From Macrostomum lignano (lineage: Eukaryota), in NCBI GenBank assembly GCA_002269645.1, contig NIVC01002070.1, forward strand, positions 62,001-126,000: 64,000 nt of DNA. Direction: 5' to 3'. The position numbers and the translations under genes are program-made. The notes beneath the pieces are model-generated. The model was not told the DNA's origin. It did not search any database and worked only from the letters and a program-made list of their open reading frames with translations. Below are positions 24,478 through 36,400 of this stretch, in pieces. The first letter of the stretch is position 1. Every line of letters starts with the position of its first letter.

Positions 24478-27400
24478 ATGGCATTCCCGTTGGTACAATC
24501 GGAATTGCGGCCTGATCTTCAGCCTTCTTCGTCCTCTCTGGCGCGGCGGATTCTGCTGCTGATGCTGCTAGCGCTGACCTGGCCTCGGCAGGCTGCAGCA
24601 GCAGGCCTTCGGACGGGAGTGTATCCCGGGGACCTGCTTCTCGGCGGCCTGTTCCCGCTGCACTACGCCAACCTCTCCGCCGGGCCCAACAACCGGTGCG
24701 GCCGTCTCAATCCGTTCGAAGGCGTCCAGGCCGTGGAGGCGACGCTGTTCACCCTGGAGCAGCTGCGCCAGTCCCGATTGCTGGCTGGCGGCCTTCAGAT
24801 CGGCGCCCTCCTAGTCGACACCTGCCAGGATGTCGATGTGGCACTGACGCAGTCGCTTAACTTTACTAACGCGCTGGCGGCTGGAGCTCTGCGCCGCGGC
24901 CTCATCCGCTGCTCGGCCGGCGGCCGGCCTGAGTTCGTTGCCAGCGCCGGTGTCGGCGGCGGCGGCTTCGACGGCGTCATCGGGCTTCTCGGAGCCGCCG
25001 AGAGCGACGTCACGGTCGCCATTGCCGGATTTATGAAGCACTTCCGGGTGCCGCAGGTGAGTGCTGGCCTTTCTTCAACACTGAACGCACAACGATTCGT
25101 GTCACTCATTGAGTCTCATTTCGTGTCTAACACACTGTCTCACCCTGTGTCACTCATTGAGTCTCATTTCGTGTCTAACACACTGTCTCACCCTGTGTCA
25201 CTCATTGAGTCTCATTTCGTGTCTAACACACTGTCTCACCCTGTGTCACTCATTGAGTCTCATTGTGTGTCTAACAGTGTCTCACCCTGTGTCACTCATT
25301 GAGTCTCATTTCGTGTCTCAAAAGAAGAAGATTTACAGTAGCCGGGCTACTGAAGTTTTAAGAGTACTTTTGCGTGTCGGAGATCTGGGGCACTGGGGAG
25401 GGGGCAGTTCGGAAGCTTTGCCGCTCTGCTAATCGAACTGCCGAAATCTATATTTTTGAGCTGAGGTTATAAACTCTCGCCGGTGCAGTGCATTTCTAGC
25501 ACCGACTGCATGCATATTATTGAGCATTTCCGCATCCTTGATGAAAAGTATTCAAATTCAGGTGAGGAATCGATGCCCTCCCACAGCCAGTGCAGCCACC
25601 GCTGCTTTTACCTGTAATAGACTTTGGAACCGATCGATTCGGAACTTTTCATCAAGAAGAAAAGGAGAATCGAGAAATAAGTTGTTGATGGCACTTTACT
25701 CTCGTAAATACATTGGTTTTCCACTGAAATAACAAACTGGCAGTGGCTTCCGTGTCTTTGACGAATGCCGACTCCTTCACAAGCACCGATGCCTGCAGGC
25801 TGTTGACCTCCCGAGCACCGGTGCCTGCAGGCTGTTGACCTCCCCGAGCACCGGTGCCTGCAGGCTGTTGACCTCCCCTAGCACCGATGCCTGCAGGCTG
25901 TTGACTTCTCCAAAACACCGGTGTCTGGAAGATGTTGACCTCCCCAAAGCACCAGTGTCTGGAAGATGTTGACCTCCCCAAAGCACCAGTGCCTGGAAGA
26001 TGTTGACCTCCCCAAAGCACCAGTGTCTGGAAGATGTTGACCTCCCCAAAGCACCAGTGCCTGGAAGATGTTGACCTCCCCAAAGCACCAGTGTCTGGAA
26101 GATTTTGACCTCCCCAAAGCACCAGTGTCTGGAAGATGTTGACCTCCCCAAAGCACCAGTGTCTGGAAGATGTTGACCTCCAAAAAGCACCGGTGTCTGA
26201 AGATGTTGACCTCCCCAAAGCACCAGTGTCTGGAAGATGTTGACCTCCCCAAAGCACCAGTGTCTGGAAGATGTTGACCTCCCCAAAGCACCAGTGTCTG
26301 GAAGATGTTGACCTCCCCAAAGCACCTGTCTTGGCAGGCTATTGAGCCCCCAACAAAGCACCGGGGCCTGCAACCTTATCCAATCCAGCATAGTCTGTTC
26401 AGAAAGCCATTGACTGAAGCAATCGATAGACGCCATGACCGTCCGATAATGCAGTGCGATTGCAGCAACTGGAAATTACTGAGCTGTGGAAGGATTCGTA
26501 GATAAATAATAAATAAAAGTACAGGCCCTGTCCGGGAAATCAGGAGTCGGCTGGAAATAATGGGAAGAAAAGGGAACGCGAAAGATTGCGGGGGGAAACA
26601 GAAGCGAGAGTGAAGTCAGCAGCTGCTTCAAATATGCAAAAGCAGAAGACCTGCCTGAGCGCTGAGAGTAAACACGAGCGCTGAAAGAGCCTTCTGCTGC
26701 TACCCCACACAGGTCATTAATCTCCAATTCAAAATTCTCAGGCGTGCCGAGCACAGAGTAGGGGCAAGTTTGCCCTTCCATAACTGCCTCAATGTGAACT
26801 TTATTCGCTCAGCACTGTTCCTTTCAGATCAGCTACCTGTCAACATCTTCGATCCTGAGCTCCAAGGAGAAATATCCCTACTTTCTGCGCACCGTTCCGT
26901 CCGACTCCAACACGGTGCGAGGCATTGTTGATCTGCTCAGGTGAGTCACGTTTGACCTGCTCAGGTGAGTCATGGTTGACCTGCTCAGGTGAGTCACGGT
27001 TGACCTGCTCAGGTGAGTCATGGTTGACCTGCTCAGGTGAGTCACGGTTGACCTGCTCAGGCGAGTCATGGGTAGACCTGCTCAGGTGAGTCATGTTTGA
27101 CCTGGTCAGGTGAGTCATGGTTAACCTGCTCAGGTGAGTCGTGGTTGACCTGCTCAGGTGAGTCACGTTTGACCTGCTCAGGTGAGTCATGTTTGACCTG
27201 CTCAGGTGAGTCATGTTTGACCTGGTCAGGTGAGTCATGGTTGACCTGCTCAGGTGAGTCATGTTTGACCTGCTCAGGTGAGTCGTGGTTGACCTGCTCA
27301 GGTGAGTCATGTTTGACCTGCTCAGGTGAGTCATGGTTGACCTGCTCAGGTGAGTCACGGTTGACCTGCTCAGGTGAGTCATGGTTGACCTGCTCAGGTG

Positions 27401-30400
27401 AGTCATGTTTGACCTGCTCAGGCGAGTCATGTTTGACCTGGTCAGGTGAGTCACGGTTGACCTGCTCAGGTGAGTCACGGTTGACCTGCTCAGGTGAGTC
27501 ATGGTTAACCTGCTCAGGTGAGTCATGTTTGACCTGCTCAGGCGAGTCATGGGTAGACCTGCTCAGGTGAGTCATGTTTGACCTGGTCAGGTGAGTCATG
27601 GTTAACCTGCTCAGGTGAGTCGTGGTTGACCTGCTCAGGTGAGTCACGTTTGACCTGCTCAGGTGAGTCATGTTTGACCTGCTCAGGTGAGTCATGTTTG
27701 ACCTGGTCAGGTGAGTCATGGTTGACCTGCTCAGGTGAGTCATGTTTGACCTGCTCAGGTGAGTCGTGGTTGACCTGCTCAGGTGAGTCATGTTTGACCT
27801 GCTCAGGTGAGTCATGGTTGACCTGCTCAGGTGAGTCACGGTTGACCTGCTCAGGTGAGTCATGGTTGACCTGCTCAGGTGAGTCATGTTTGACCTGCTC
27901 AGGCGAGTCATGTTTGACCTGGTCAGGTGAGTCACGGTTGACCTGCTCAGGTGAGTCACGGTTGACCTGCTCAGGTGAGTCATGGTTAACCTGCTCAGGT
28001 GAGTCATGTTTGACCTGCTCAGGTTAGTCATGGTTAACCTGCTCAGGCCGGGCGGGTTCATACCCATGACGGCCAACCCCAAGGCGCAGAAAGTGTACAT
28101 GCTTGTCTGTTAGAAAGTCAGGACCGCTGTACACCCTGAGTGAGCGTGTGCGTGAGTGGGAGTCTGTGTGTGTCTGTGTCTGGGCACCTGATGCCCGGCC
28201 TTCCAGCCATTTTCTTCCATGGAATTTTCTCAATAAAGCTCATTTTATTTTGGCTGTCAGTCCAGACATCAGACTCGTTAGAGCTCCATGAACTGCATGC
28301 TTTGAAGGGCTACCCCTGTGTTTTGGGAGTTGCTTTCGATTGCTTGAATGGTTATAGCGAGCGAAGCCAGTGTTTCTCTCAAAGGAGGGGAGTTCTCAAT
28401 GCGGAGCTCACTGGAATTCGAACCGGGGTAGCAGGTGTCCGAAAGCACGGCAGGAAAACCCTTGCCTGCTTGTTAAAACATTTTTTCGTGGAAAATTTTC
28501 TTTAAAACTTGCTACTCTTTTTAGTCAGTTTCTTTTAGGCTTTCACAAGCTCGAATCATTGTTGACCCTCGAACTTGAAGTAGAAATTAAAGAGACTGCA
28601 CGAGGGCCTGCTGAGCAAAGCTGGGGTTCATTCTTGTATCCCCTTTGTAAGTCTTTTTTTAAACACTGTAGGTCGTTTGTCTTAAACTTCTCCTCAGCTT
28701 GAGTTCCAGTTCTCATGAAATTCTCACCGGCTTGAGTTCCAGTTCTCATGAAATTCTCATCAGCTTGAGTTCCAGTTCTCATGAAATTCTCACCGGCTTG
28801 AGTTCCAGTTCTCATGAAATTCTCACCGGCTTGAGTTCCAGTTCTCATGAAATTCTCATCAGCTTGAGTTCCAGTTCTCATGAAATTCTCACCGGCTTGA
28901 GTTCCAGTTCTCATGAAATTCTCATCAGCTTGAGTTCCAGTTCTCATGAAATTCTCATCAGCTTGAGTTCCAGTTCTCATGAAATTCTCACCGGCTTGAG
29001 TTCCAGTTCTCATGAAATTCTCATCAGCTTGAGTTCCAGTTCTCATGAAATTCTCATCAGCTTGAGTTCCAGTTCTCATGAAATTCTCACCGGCTTGAGT
29101 TCCAGTTCTCATGAAATTCTCACCGGCTTGAGTTCCAGTTCTCATGAAATTCTCACCGGCTTGAGTTCCAGTTCTCATGAAATTCTCACCGGCTTGAGTT
29201 CCAGTTCTCATGAAATTCTCATCAGCTTGAGTTCCAGTTCTCGTGAAATTCTCACCGGCTGGAGTTCCAGTTCTCATGAAATTCTTATCGGCTTGAGTTT
29301 CAGTTTTCGTGAAATTCTCCTCAGGTTGAGTTCCAGTTCTCATGAAATTCTTATCGGCTGGAGTTCCAGTTCTCATGAAATTCTCATCAGTTTGAGTTCC
29401 AGTTCTCATGAAATTGTCACCGGTTTGAGTTCCAGTTCTCATGAAATTCTCATCAGCTTGAGTTCCAGCTCTCATGAAATTCTCACCGGCTTGAGTTCCA
29501 GTTCTCATGAAATTCTCACCGGCTTGAGTTCCAGTTCTCATGAAATTCTCATCAGCTTGAGTTCCAGTTCTCATGAAATTCTCATCAGCTTGAGTTCCAG
29601 TTCTCATGAAATTCTCACCGGCTTGAGTTCCAGTTCTCATGAAATTCTCCCCAGCTTGAGTTCCAGTTCTCAAGAAATTCTCATCAGCTTGAGTTCCAGT
29701 TCTCACGAAATTCTCACCGGCTTGAGTTCCAGTTCTCATGAAATTCTCACCGGCTTGAGTTTCAGTTCTCATGAAATTCTCATCAGCTTGAGTTCCATTT
29801 CTCATGCAATTCTCACCGGCTTGAGTTCCAGTTCTCATGTAATTCTCACCGGCTTTAGTTCCAGTTCTCATGTAATTCTCACCGGCTTGAGTTCCAGTTC
29901 TCATTAAATTCTCATCAGCTTGAGTTCCATTTCTCATGAAATTCTCACCGGCTTGAGTTCCAGTTTTCATGAAATTCTCACCGGCTTGAGTTCCAGTTCT
30001 CATGAAATTCTCATCAGCTTGAGTTCCAGTTCTCATGAAATTCTCATCAGCTTGAGTTCCAGTTCTCGTGAAATTCTCACCGGCTGGAGTTCCAGTTCTC
30101 ATGAAATTCTTATCGGCTTGAGTTTCAGTTCTCGTGAAATTCTCCTCAGGTTGAGTTCCAGTTCTCATGAAATTCTCACCGGCTTGAGTTCCAGTTCTCA
30201 TGAAATTCTCATCAGCTTGAGTTCCAGTTCTCGTGAAATTCTCACCAGCTTGAGTTCCAGTTCTCATGAAATTCTCACCGGCTGGAGTTCCAGTTCTCAT
30301 GAAATTCTCACCAGCTTGAGTTCCAGTTCTCATGAAATTCTCACCAGCTTGAGTGTGATATAAAAGCTGATGCCACTCCTGTATAAAATATAAAAAAGCT

Positions 30401-33400
30401 TTCTTTCTGCGACATCCATGTTTGATTTCGCGCACTTCTCACAGTCACCCTCCTGAGTCCTCTCTAAGCAAACAAGCAAATCTACAAGATAGATCTCGCA
30501 GGCGAAGAATCTGTGTCAACAGAATCCCACGAGAAAATGGGGGTTTCCACAGCCTTGTACGAGTGCAAAACGTTCAAGCGTTTACTTCTGGCTAGCGGCT
30601 TCCTGATAGCCACTTCAGCAAATTTCTTATATTGCAGCCAGGAAAACTCAATTTTCCTCCCGTCCTCACTCCTCGAGTTAAAATCGGAGACAAGCGCCAA
30701 GTCTTGAGCCGAATTTCTGTCACGGTGCAGCTTTAACTTGATGTTTTGCACTTCTTCCTACCCAACCAATCTCTATGCCCGCACTCCTACCAGCCGACAC
30801 CGCAGACAGGCCCAGAAGATTGACCGAGAAAAAGCGATCCCCGAGGGGTCCGACAGCCAATAGATTTTGCTTGGGTCAGCTTGCGTTCCGCTCCTCTTTG
30901 CACTTTTAAATGCTGCATGTTTCCTTAAGCAAACCGGAAATATTTACTAATTCATGGAATCGCTCATAAACTGCAACTCACGAACTTTCAAAGCTCATGA
31001 TCTCATTTATGAGCTAAAAATCATGAGCTCATTATCTTATATACGAGTATGAGCTGTCAATCACGAGCTCATGATCTCATTTATGAACTGTCAATCATGA
31101 GCTCATGATCTCATTTATGAACTGTCAAGCACGAGCTCATGATCTCATTTATGAGCTGTCAATCACGAGCTCATGATCTCATTTATGAACTGTCAATCAT
31201 GAACTCATTATCTTATATACGAGTATGAGGTGTCAATCATGAGCTCATGATCTCATTTATGAACTGTCAATCATGAGCTCATGATCTCATTTATGAACTG
31301 TCAATCATGAACTCATTATCTTATATACGAGTATGAGGTGTCAATCACGAGCTCATGATCTCATTTATGAACTGTCAATCATGAGCTCATGACCTCATTT
31401 ACGAACTGTCAATCTTGAGCTCATGATCTCATTTATGAACTGTCAATCATGAGCTCATGACCTCATTTATGAACTGTCAATCATGAGCTCATGACCTCAT
31501 TTATGAGCTGTCAATCACGAGCTCATGATCTCATTTATGAACTGTCAATCATGAACTCATGATCTACACGAGTATGAGGTGTCAATCATGAGCTCATGAT
31601 CTCATTTATGAACTGTCAAGCACGAGCTCATGATCTCATTTATGAGCTGTCAATCACGAGCTCATGACCTCATTTATGAACTGTCAATCATGAGCTCATG
31701 ATCTCACTTATGAACTGTCAATCATGAACTCATGATCTCATTTATGAGCTGTCAATCATGAACTCATGATCTCATTTATGAACTGTCAATCATGAGCTCA
31801 TGATCTCATTTATGAGCTGTCAATCATGAACTCATGATCTCATTTATGAACTGTCAATCACCTGATCACTCGAGAATCAAAGACTTCCCCATTCGCTGGC
31901 TCGCTGCAGGCAGCAGAACTGGACCTACGTCCACGTGGTCTACGACGACACAAACTACGGCACAACGGCCTTCAACGTGTTCGAGCAGCTCATCGAGTCG
32001 GAGACCTCGCCGAAGACTCGGCACGGTCGGATCTGCATCTCAACTAAGATTAAAATTGACAGCTCGGATTGGGAGGCGCCAGACTACACCAGGGCTGTGC
32101 ACGAGAACCTCCTGGCACCGTCCAATGCCAACGGTGAGTGCCGACCGCGGATTTCATTATGAATTTTCTCATTACGGTGAGGAATCATCTATGGGGGATT
32201 ACGGCGAGGAATCCAAGAGATTAGGGCGAGGAATCTATGGGGATTACGGCGAGGAATCCTAGGGAAAACGGCGAGAAATCCTAGGGATTACGGCGATGAA
32301 TCCAAGTGATTACGGCGAGGAGTCCAAGAGATTACGGTGAGGAATCCTAGTGATTACGGGAGGAATCTGGGAGAATTTAAATTGGAATTCAGGGGATTAT
32401 GGCGATGAATCTATGGGAATAACGGCGAGGAATCTAGGGGATTACGGCGAGGAATCCAGGGATTACGGCGAGGAATCCAAGGGATTAGGGCAAGGAATCT
32501 ATGGGGATTACGGCGAGGATTCCAAGGGGTTAAGGCGATGAATCCATGGGGATCACGGCGAGGAATCTATGGGGAAAGCGGCGAGGAATGAAGAAATCGA
32601 TGGAATCGAGGTGAAGAACAGGTGATTATGGGGTAGAATCTAGGATATTAAGGTCAGTAGTGCATAAGATTAAGGCAGGGAATATGGGCGATTACAGCGA
32701 CCTCTCGCGACCTCTCTCCCACGCGCTGACCCTCTCCCTAATCACCGATATATTGGGCCCAGTCTGACTTTATCATTACGCTAGTACCTGGGTGTTATTA
32801 CCATTGACTGCAAGCCAGCAAGCCCGTGTCTTCCACAAGCGGCAGCCGGGGTGCCATAAATTCGAAGAATAAGTAAAGATCTGCCAATCGAAGCAAACAG
32901 ACTGCGTGTTCGAGGAAGGATGCGATCCTTATCTGACCAGATCTTGCAGACGAGCGAACTGGTAGAGTGCGAACGGCCTGCTGGAAGCTGGGGAGCCTCA
33001 TTAGGAGCTGGGATGGGGCTTGAAGACCGCGATACTGAGAAAGGGGCTCTGCTAGATACCAGAGGGTAGACAAAGGGGAGGATTTCGGGTAGATTAGGGG
33101 AGAGGGTAGATAAGAGTAGAGACGAGAGAAAAGAGAGTAGACAAAGAGAGAGGAGAGAGAGAGTAGACGAGGGGGAGGAGAGAGAGTAGACAAGGGGGAG
33201 GAGAGAGAGTAGACGAGGGGGAGGAGAGAGAGTAGACAAGGGGAGAGGAGAGAGGGTAGACAAAGGGAGAGGAGAGAGAGTAGACAAAGAGAGAGGAGAG
33301 AGAGAGTAGACGAGGGGGAGGAGAGAGAGTAGACAAGGGGAGAGGAGAGAGTAGACAAAGGGAGAGGAGAGAGAGTAGACGAGGGGGAGGAGAGAGAGTA

Positions 33401-36400
33401 GACAAGGGGAGAGGAGAGAGTAGACAAAGGGAGAGGAGAGAGAGTAGACAAAGGGAGAGGAGAGAGAGTAGACAAGGGGGAGGAGAGAGAGTAGACAAAG
33501 GAGAGGAGAGAGAGTAGACAAGGGGGAGGAGAGAGAGTAGACAAGGGGAGAGGAGAGAGTAGACAAAGGGAGAGGAGAGAGTAGACAAAGGGAGAGGAGA
33601 GGGAGTAGACAAGGGGGAGAAAAGAGAGTAGACAAAGAGAGAGGAGAGAGAGAGAGTAGACGAGGGGGAGGAGAGAGAGTAGACAAGGGGAGAGGAGAGA
33701 GAGTAGACAAGGGGAGAGGAGAGAGTAGACAAAGGGAGAGGAGAGAGTAGACAAAGGGAGAGGAGAGAGAGTAGACAAGGGGGAGGAGAGAGAGTAGACA
33801 AGGGGAGAGGAGAGAGTAGACAAAGGGAGAGGAGAGAGAGTAGACGAGGGGGAGGAGAGAGAGTAGACAAGGGGAGAGGAGAGAGTAGACAAAGGGAGAT
33901 GAGAGAGGGTAGACAAAGGGAGAGGAGAGAGAGTAGACGAGGGGAGAGGAGAGAGAGTAGACAAAGGGAGAGGAGAGAGAGTAGACAAAGGGAGAGGAGA
34001 GAGAGTAGACAAAGGGAGAGGAGAGAGAGTAGACAAGGGGAGAGGAGAGAGTAGACAAAGGGAGAGGAGAGAGAGTAGACAAGGGGGAGGAGAGAGAGTA
34101 GACAAGGGGAGAGGAGAGAGTAGACAAAGGGAGATGAGAGAGGGTAGACAAAGGGAGAGGAGAGAGAGTAGACGAGGGGGAGAAGAGAGAGTAGACGAGG
34201 GGAGAGGAGAGAGAGTAGACAAAGGGAGAGGAGAGAGAGTAGACAAAGGGAGAGGAGAGAGAGTAGACAAGGGGGAGGAGAGAGAGTAGACAAGGGGAGA
34301 GGAGAGAGTAGACAAAGGGAGATGAGAGAGGGTAGACAAAGGGAGAGGAGAGAGAGTAGACGAGGGGGAGAAGAGAGAGTAGACGAGGGGAGAGGAGAGA
34401 GAGTAGACAAAGGGAGAGGAGAGAGAGTAGACGAGGGGGAGGAGAGAGAGTAGACAAGGGGAGAGGAGAGAGTAGAAAAGGGGAGAGGAGAGAAAGTAGA
34501 CAAGGGGGGGGGCCGTAGCCCAGTGGTAGCGTAGCTGCTCTGGTGTGCCGCGACCCAGGCTCGATTCCAAGTGCAGCCACATTAATTTGGGGCTGAATTG
34601 GAATCTCGGCTTGGCTCTGCTTGTGCAATTAACGGCCTTGAGAGCCAACCCCCCCAAGGCGCAGTGAAGTGTACATGCCTAACAATTGATAAAGTTAGGG
34701 CCGCTGTACACTCCTGTGTGAGTGTGTGCCTGCGTACGTATCCGCGCGCTTGTATGCCTGCTCAGGGGAGTCGGCGGAATGGGCAGTAATGCCTCTCGCC
34801 GGTTGTGTGCCTATGTCGCTTAAAGTGCGCCAGGGTGCACACAACCCCCCTGCCTCTAATAATAGACAAGGGGAGAAGAGAGAGGATAAAAAATGGCAGA
34901 GGTCACCCACTTCTCTAGAACTATTTTCAGAATCCCTAAAGACGGCACACATTATTGCGACAATTTGTTGAGAGAAGAACTAGAAAGTAAAAGAAAAAAT
35001 ATTGAAAGAAGACTTACAAAAGCTTCTTGCTTCGTAGCTTTTGTTAGGTTTCGCAAATTGATTTCTGGATCTCTGGATAATCTTGATTGATATTTTTACT
35101 GAGGCGAGAGTTGAGCTCAGAGTTAAGAAAAGTTAATCAAACAGTAAAGTGCGCATGCTGGTAGAGAGATCCTGGCTGATAGGATCCAGTGGACAAGTGA
35201 GAAAATCTTAGGGCACTTCGCAGTTCAAACCCTGCCGTAGGTCAAGATGCAGGCTTTCTGCTTTTTCTGCTTTTTAGACTGGGTACTTTCTGCCATGCCC
35301 AGTCTGTCTGGTGCGGTATTAGTAGGTTTACTCGGAGTTAAAACTAAAATTGGTTGATTTGGAGAATCCCCTGCTATCGAAGAACTTCGTGATTTAAATT
35401 CGAAGCTTCCATCTTAGATAAGGCATATCTCAGATAAAGTTAGTCTCGACAAAATCCACAGCACATCCAAGCTAAAAATAGACCCGAAAAACCCCTCACC
35501 CGTCCGCCGTAAGCTGCAGCGCATCTCAGCTAAAAATAGACCCGGGAAAACCTCTCACCCGTCCGCAGTAAGCTGCAGCGCATCTCAGCTAAAAATAGAC
35601 CCGGGAAAACCCCTCACCCGTCCGCCGTAAGCTGCAGCGCATCTCAGCTAAAAATAGATCTGATAAACCCCGCCATACTCGACAGTCGTCCTGGTGCTGC
35701 TCTCGCAGCCAACCCTCACGGCCTTCTTCGACGCGCTGATCGCTTGTCGCCGACGAGGAACCCTTGCCGAGGCGACGGCATTAGTGACGGAGCCAGAGAC
35801 GGAATTCTACGCGGACATCCTCATCGATGAGGCGGAAGCTAGCGCCGAGACGGCCAAAGCGGAGGACGAGGCCGAATGGCGGAGCCGAGTAGCCAAACTC
35901 GACCGTCTGGCCTGGATCGGCACGGACACCTGGTCGATGCGACGACTTAAAAGGCACGAGGAGCTCAGCTTTCTCAGCCGCTCCATCGTGCTGCTGCCGC
36001 GGACCGCTCACATACCCGGATTCGCTGAGCACATGGTCCGTCTGAGACCGTCGAGCCGGCCGGAGAATCCCTGGCTGCGCGAGTGGTTCGAGGAGGAGTG
36101 CGACTGCACCTACGGCGGCCACGGCGGCAGCGGGCTGGACTGCGCGACAATCGAGGAGGAGTGCAGCGGGCGGGTGTTCGCTGGTGAGATTGGCTGCTCT
36201 GCCCATTCCGCAGACTCTTGAGCACAGATGCAAGCGCGCCAATACTGTACTCAAGCACACACTCACACACTCGCTCACACAGGGTGTACAGCAGCCCTGA
36301 CTGTCTAACCGTCAGGCATGTACACTCTCAGTGCCTTGGGATTTGGCCCTCCAAATGGATGTAACCACGTAGCGGAATCGAACCAGGGTTCGTGTGGCGC

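Noticed and set aside
32730-33107. 14-15 bp inverted repeat CCCTCTCCC(C)TAATC
   Set aside because: Low complexity, one indel and no TSD; it merges into the AG-rich array.
34509-34580. Possible tRNA gene
   Set aside because: A- and B-boxes are present but no convincing acceptor or anticodon stem, and the head is attached to a dispersed repeat body; called a SINE instead.
26840-34657. ORFs of 150-630 aa (THLSRS, ENFMRTGTQA, SSSHEIL, LSPLPLST repeats)
   Set aside because: Wholly made of intronic tandem repeats that lack stops in several frames, with no domain content, inside a well-supported gene.
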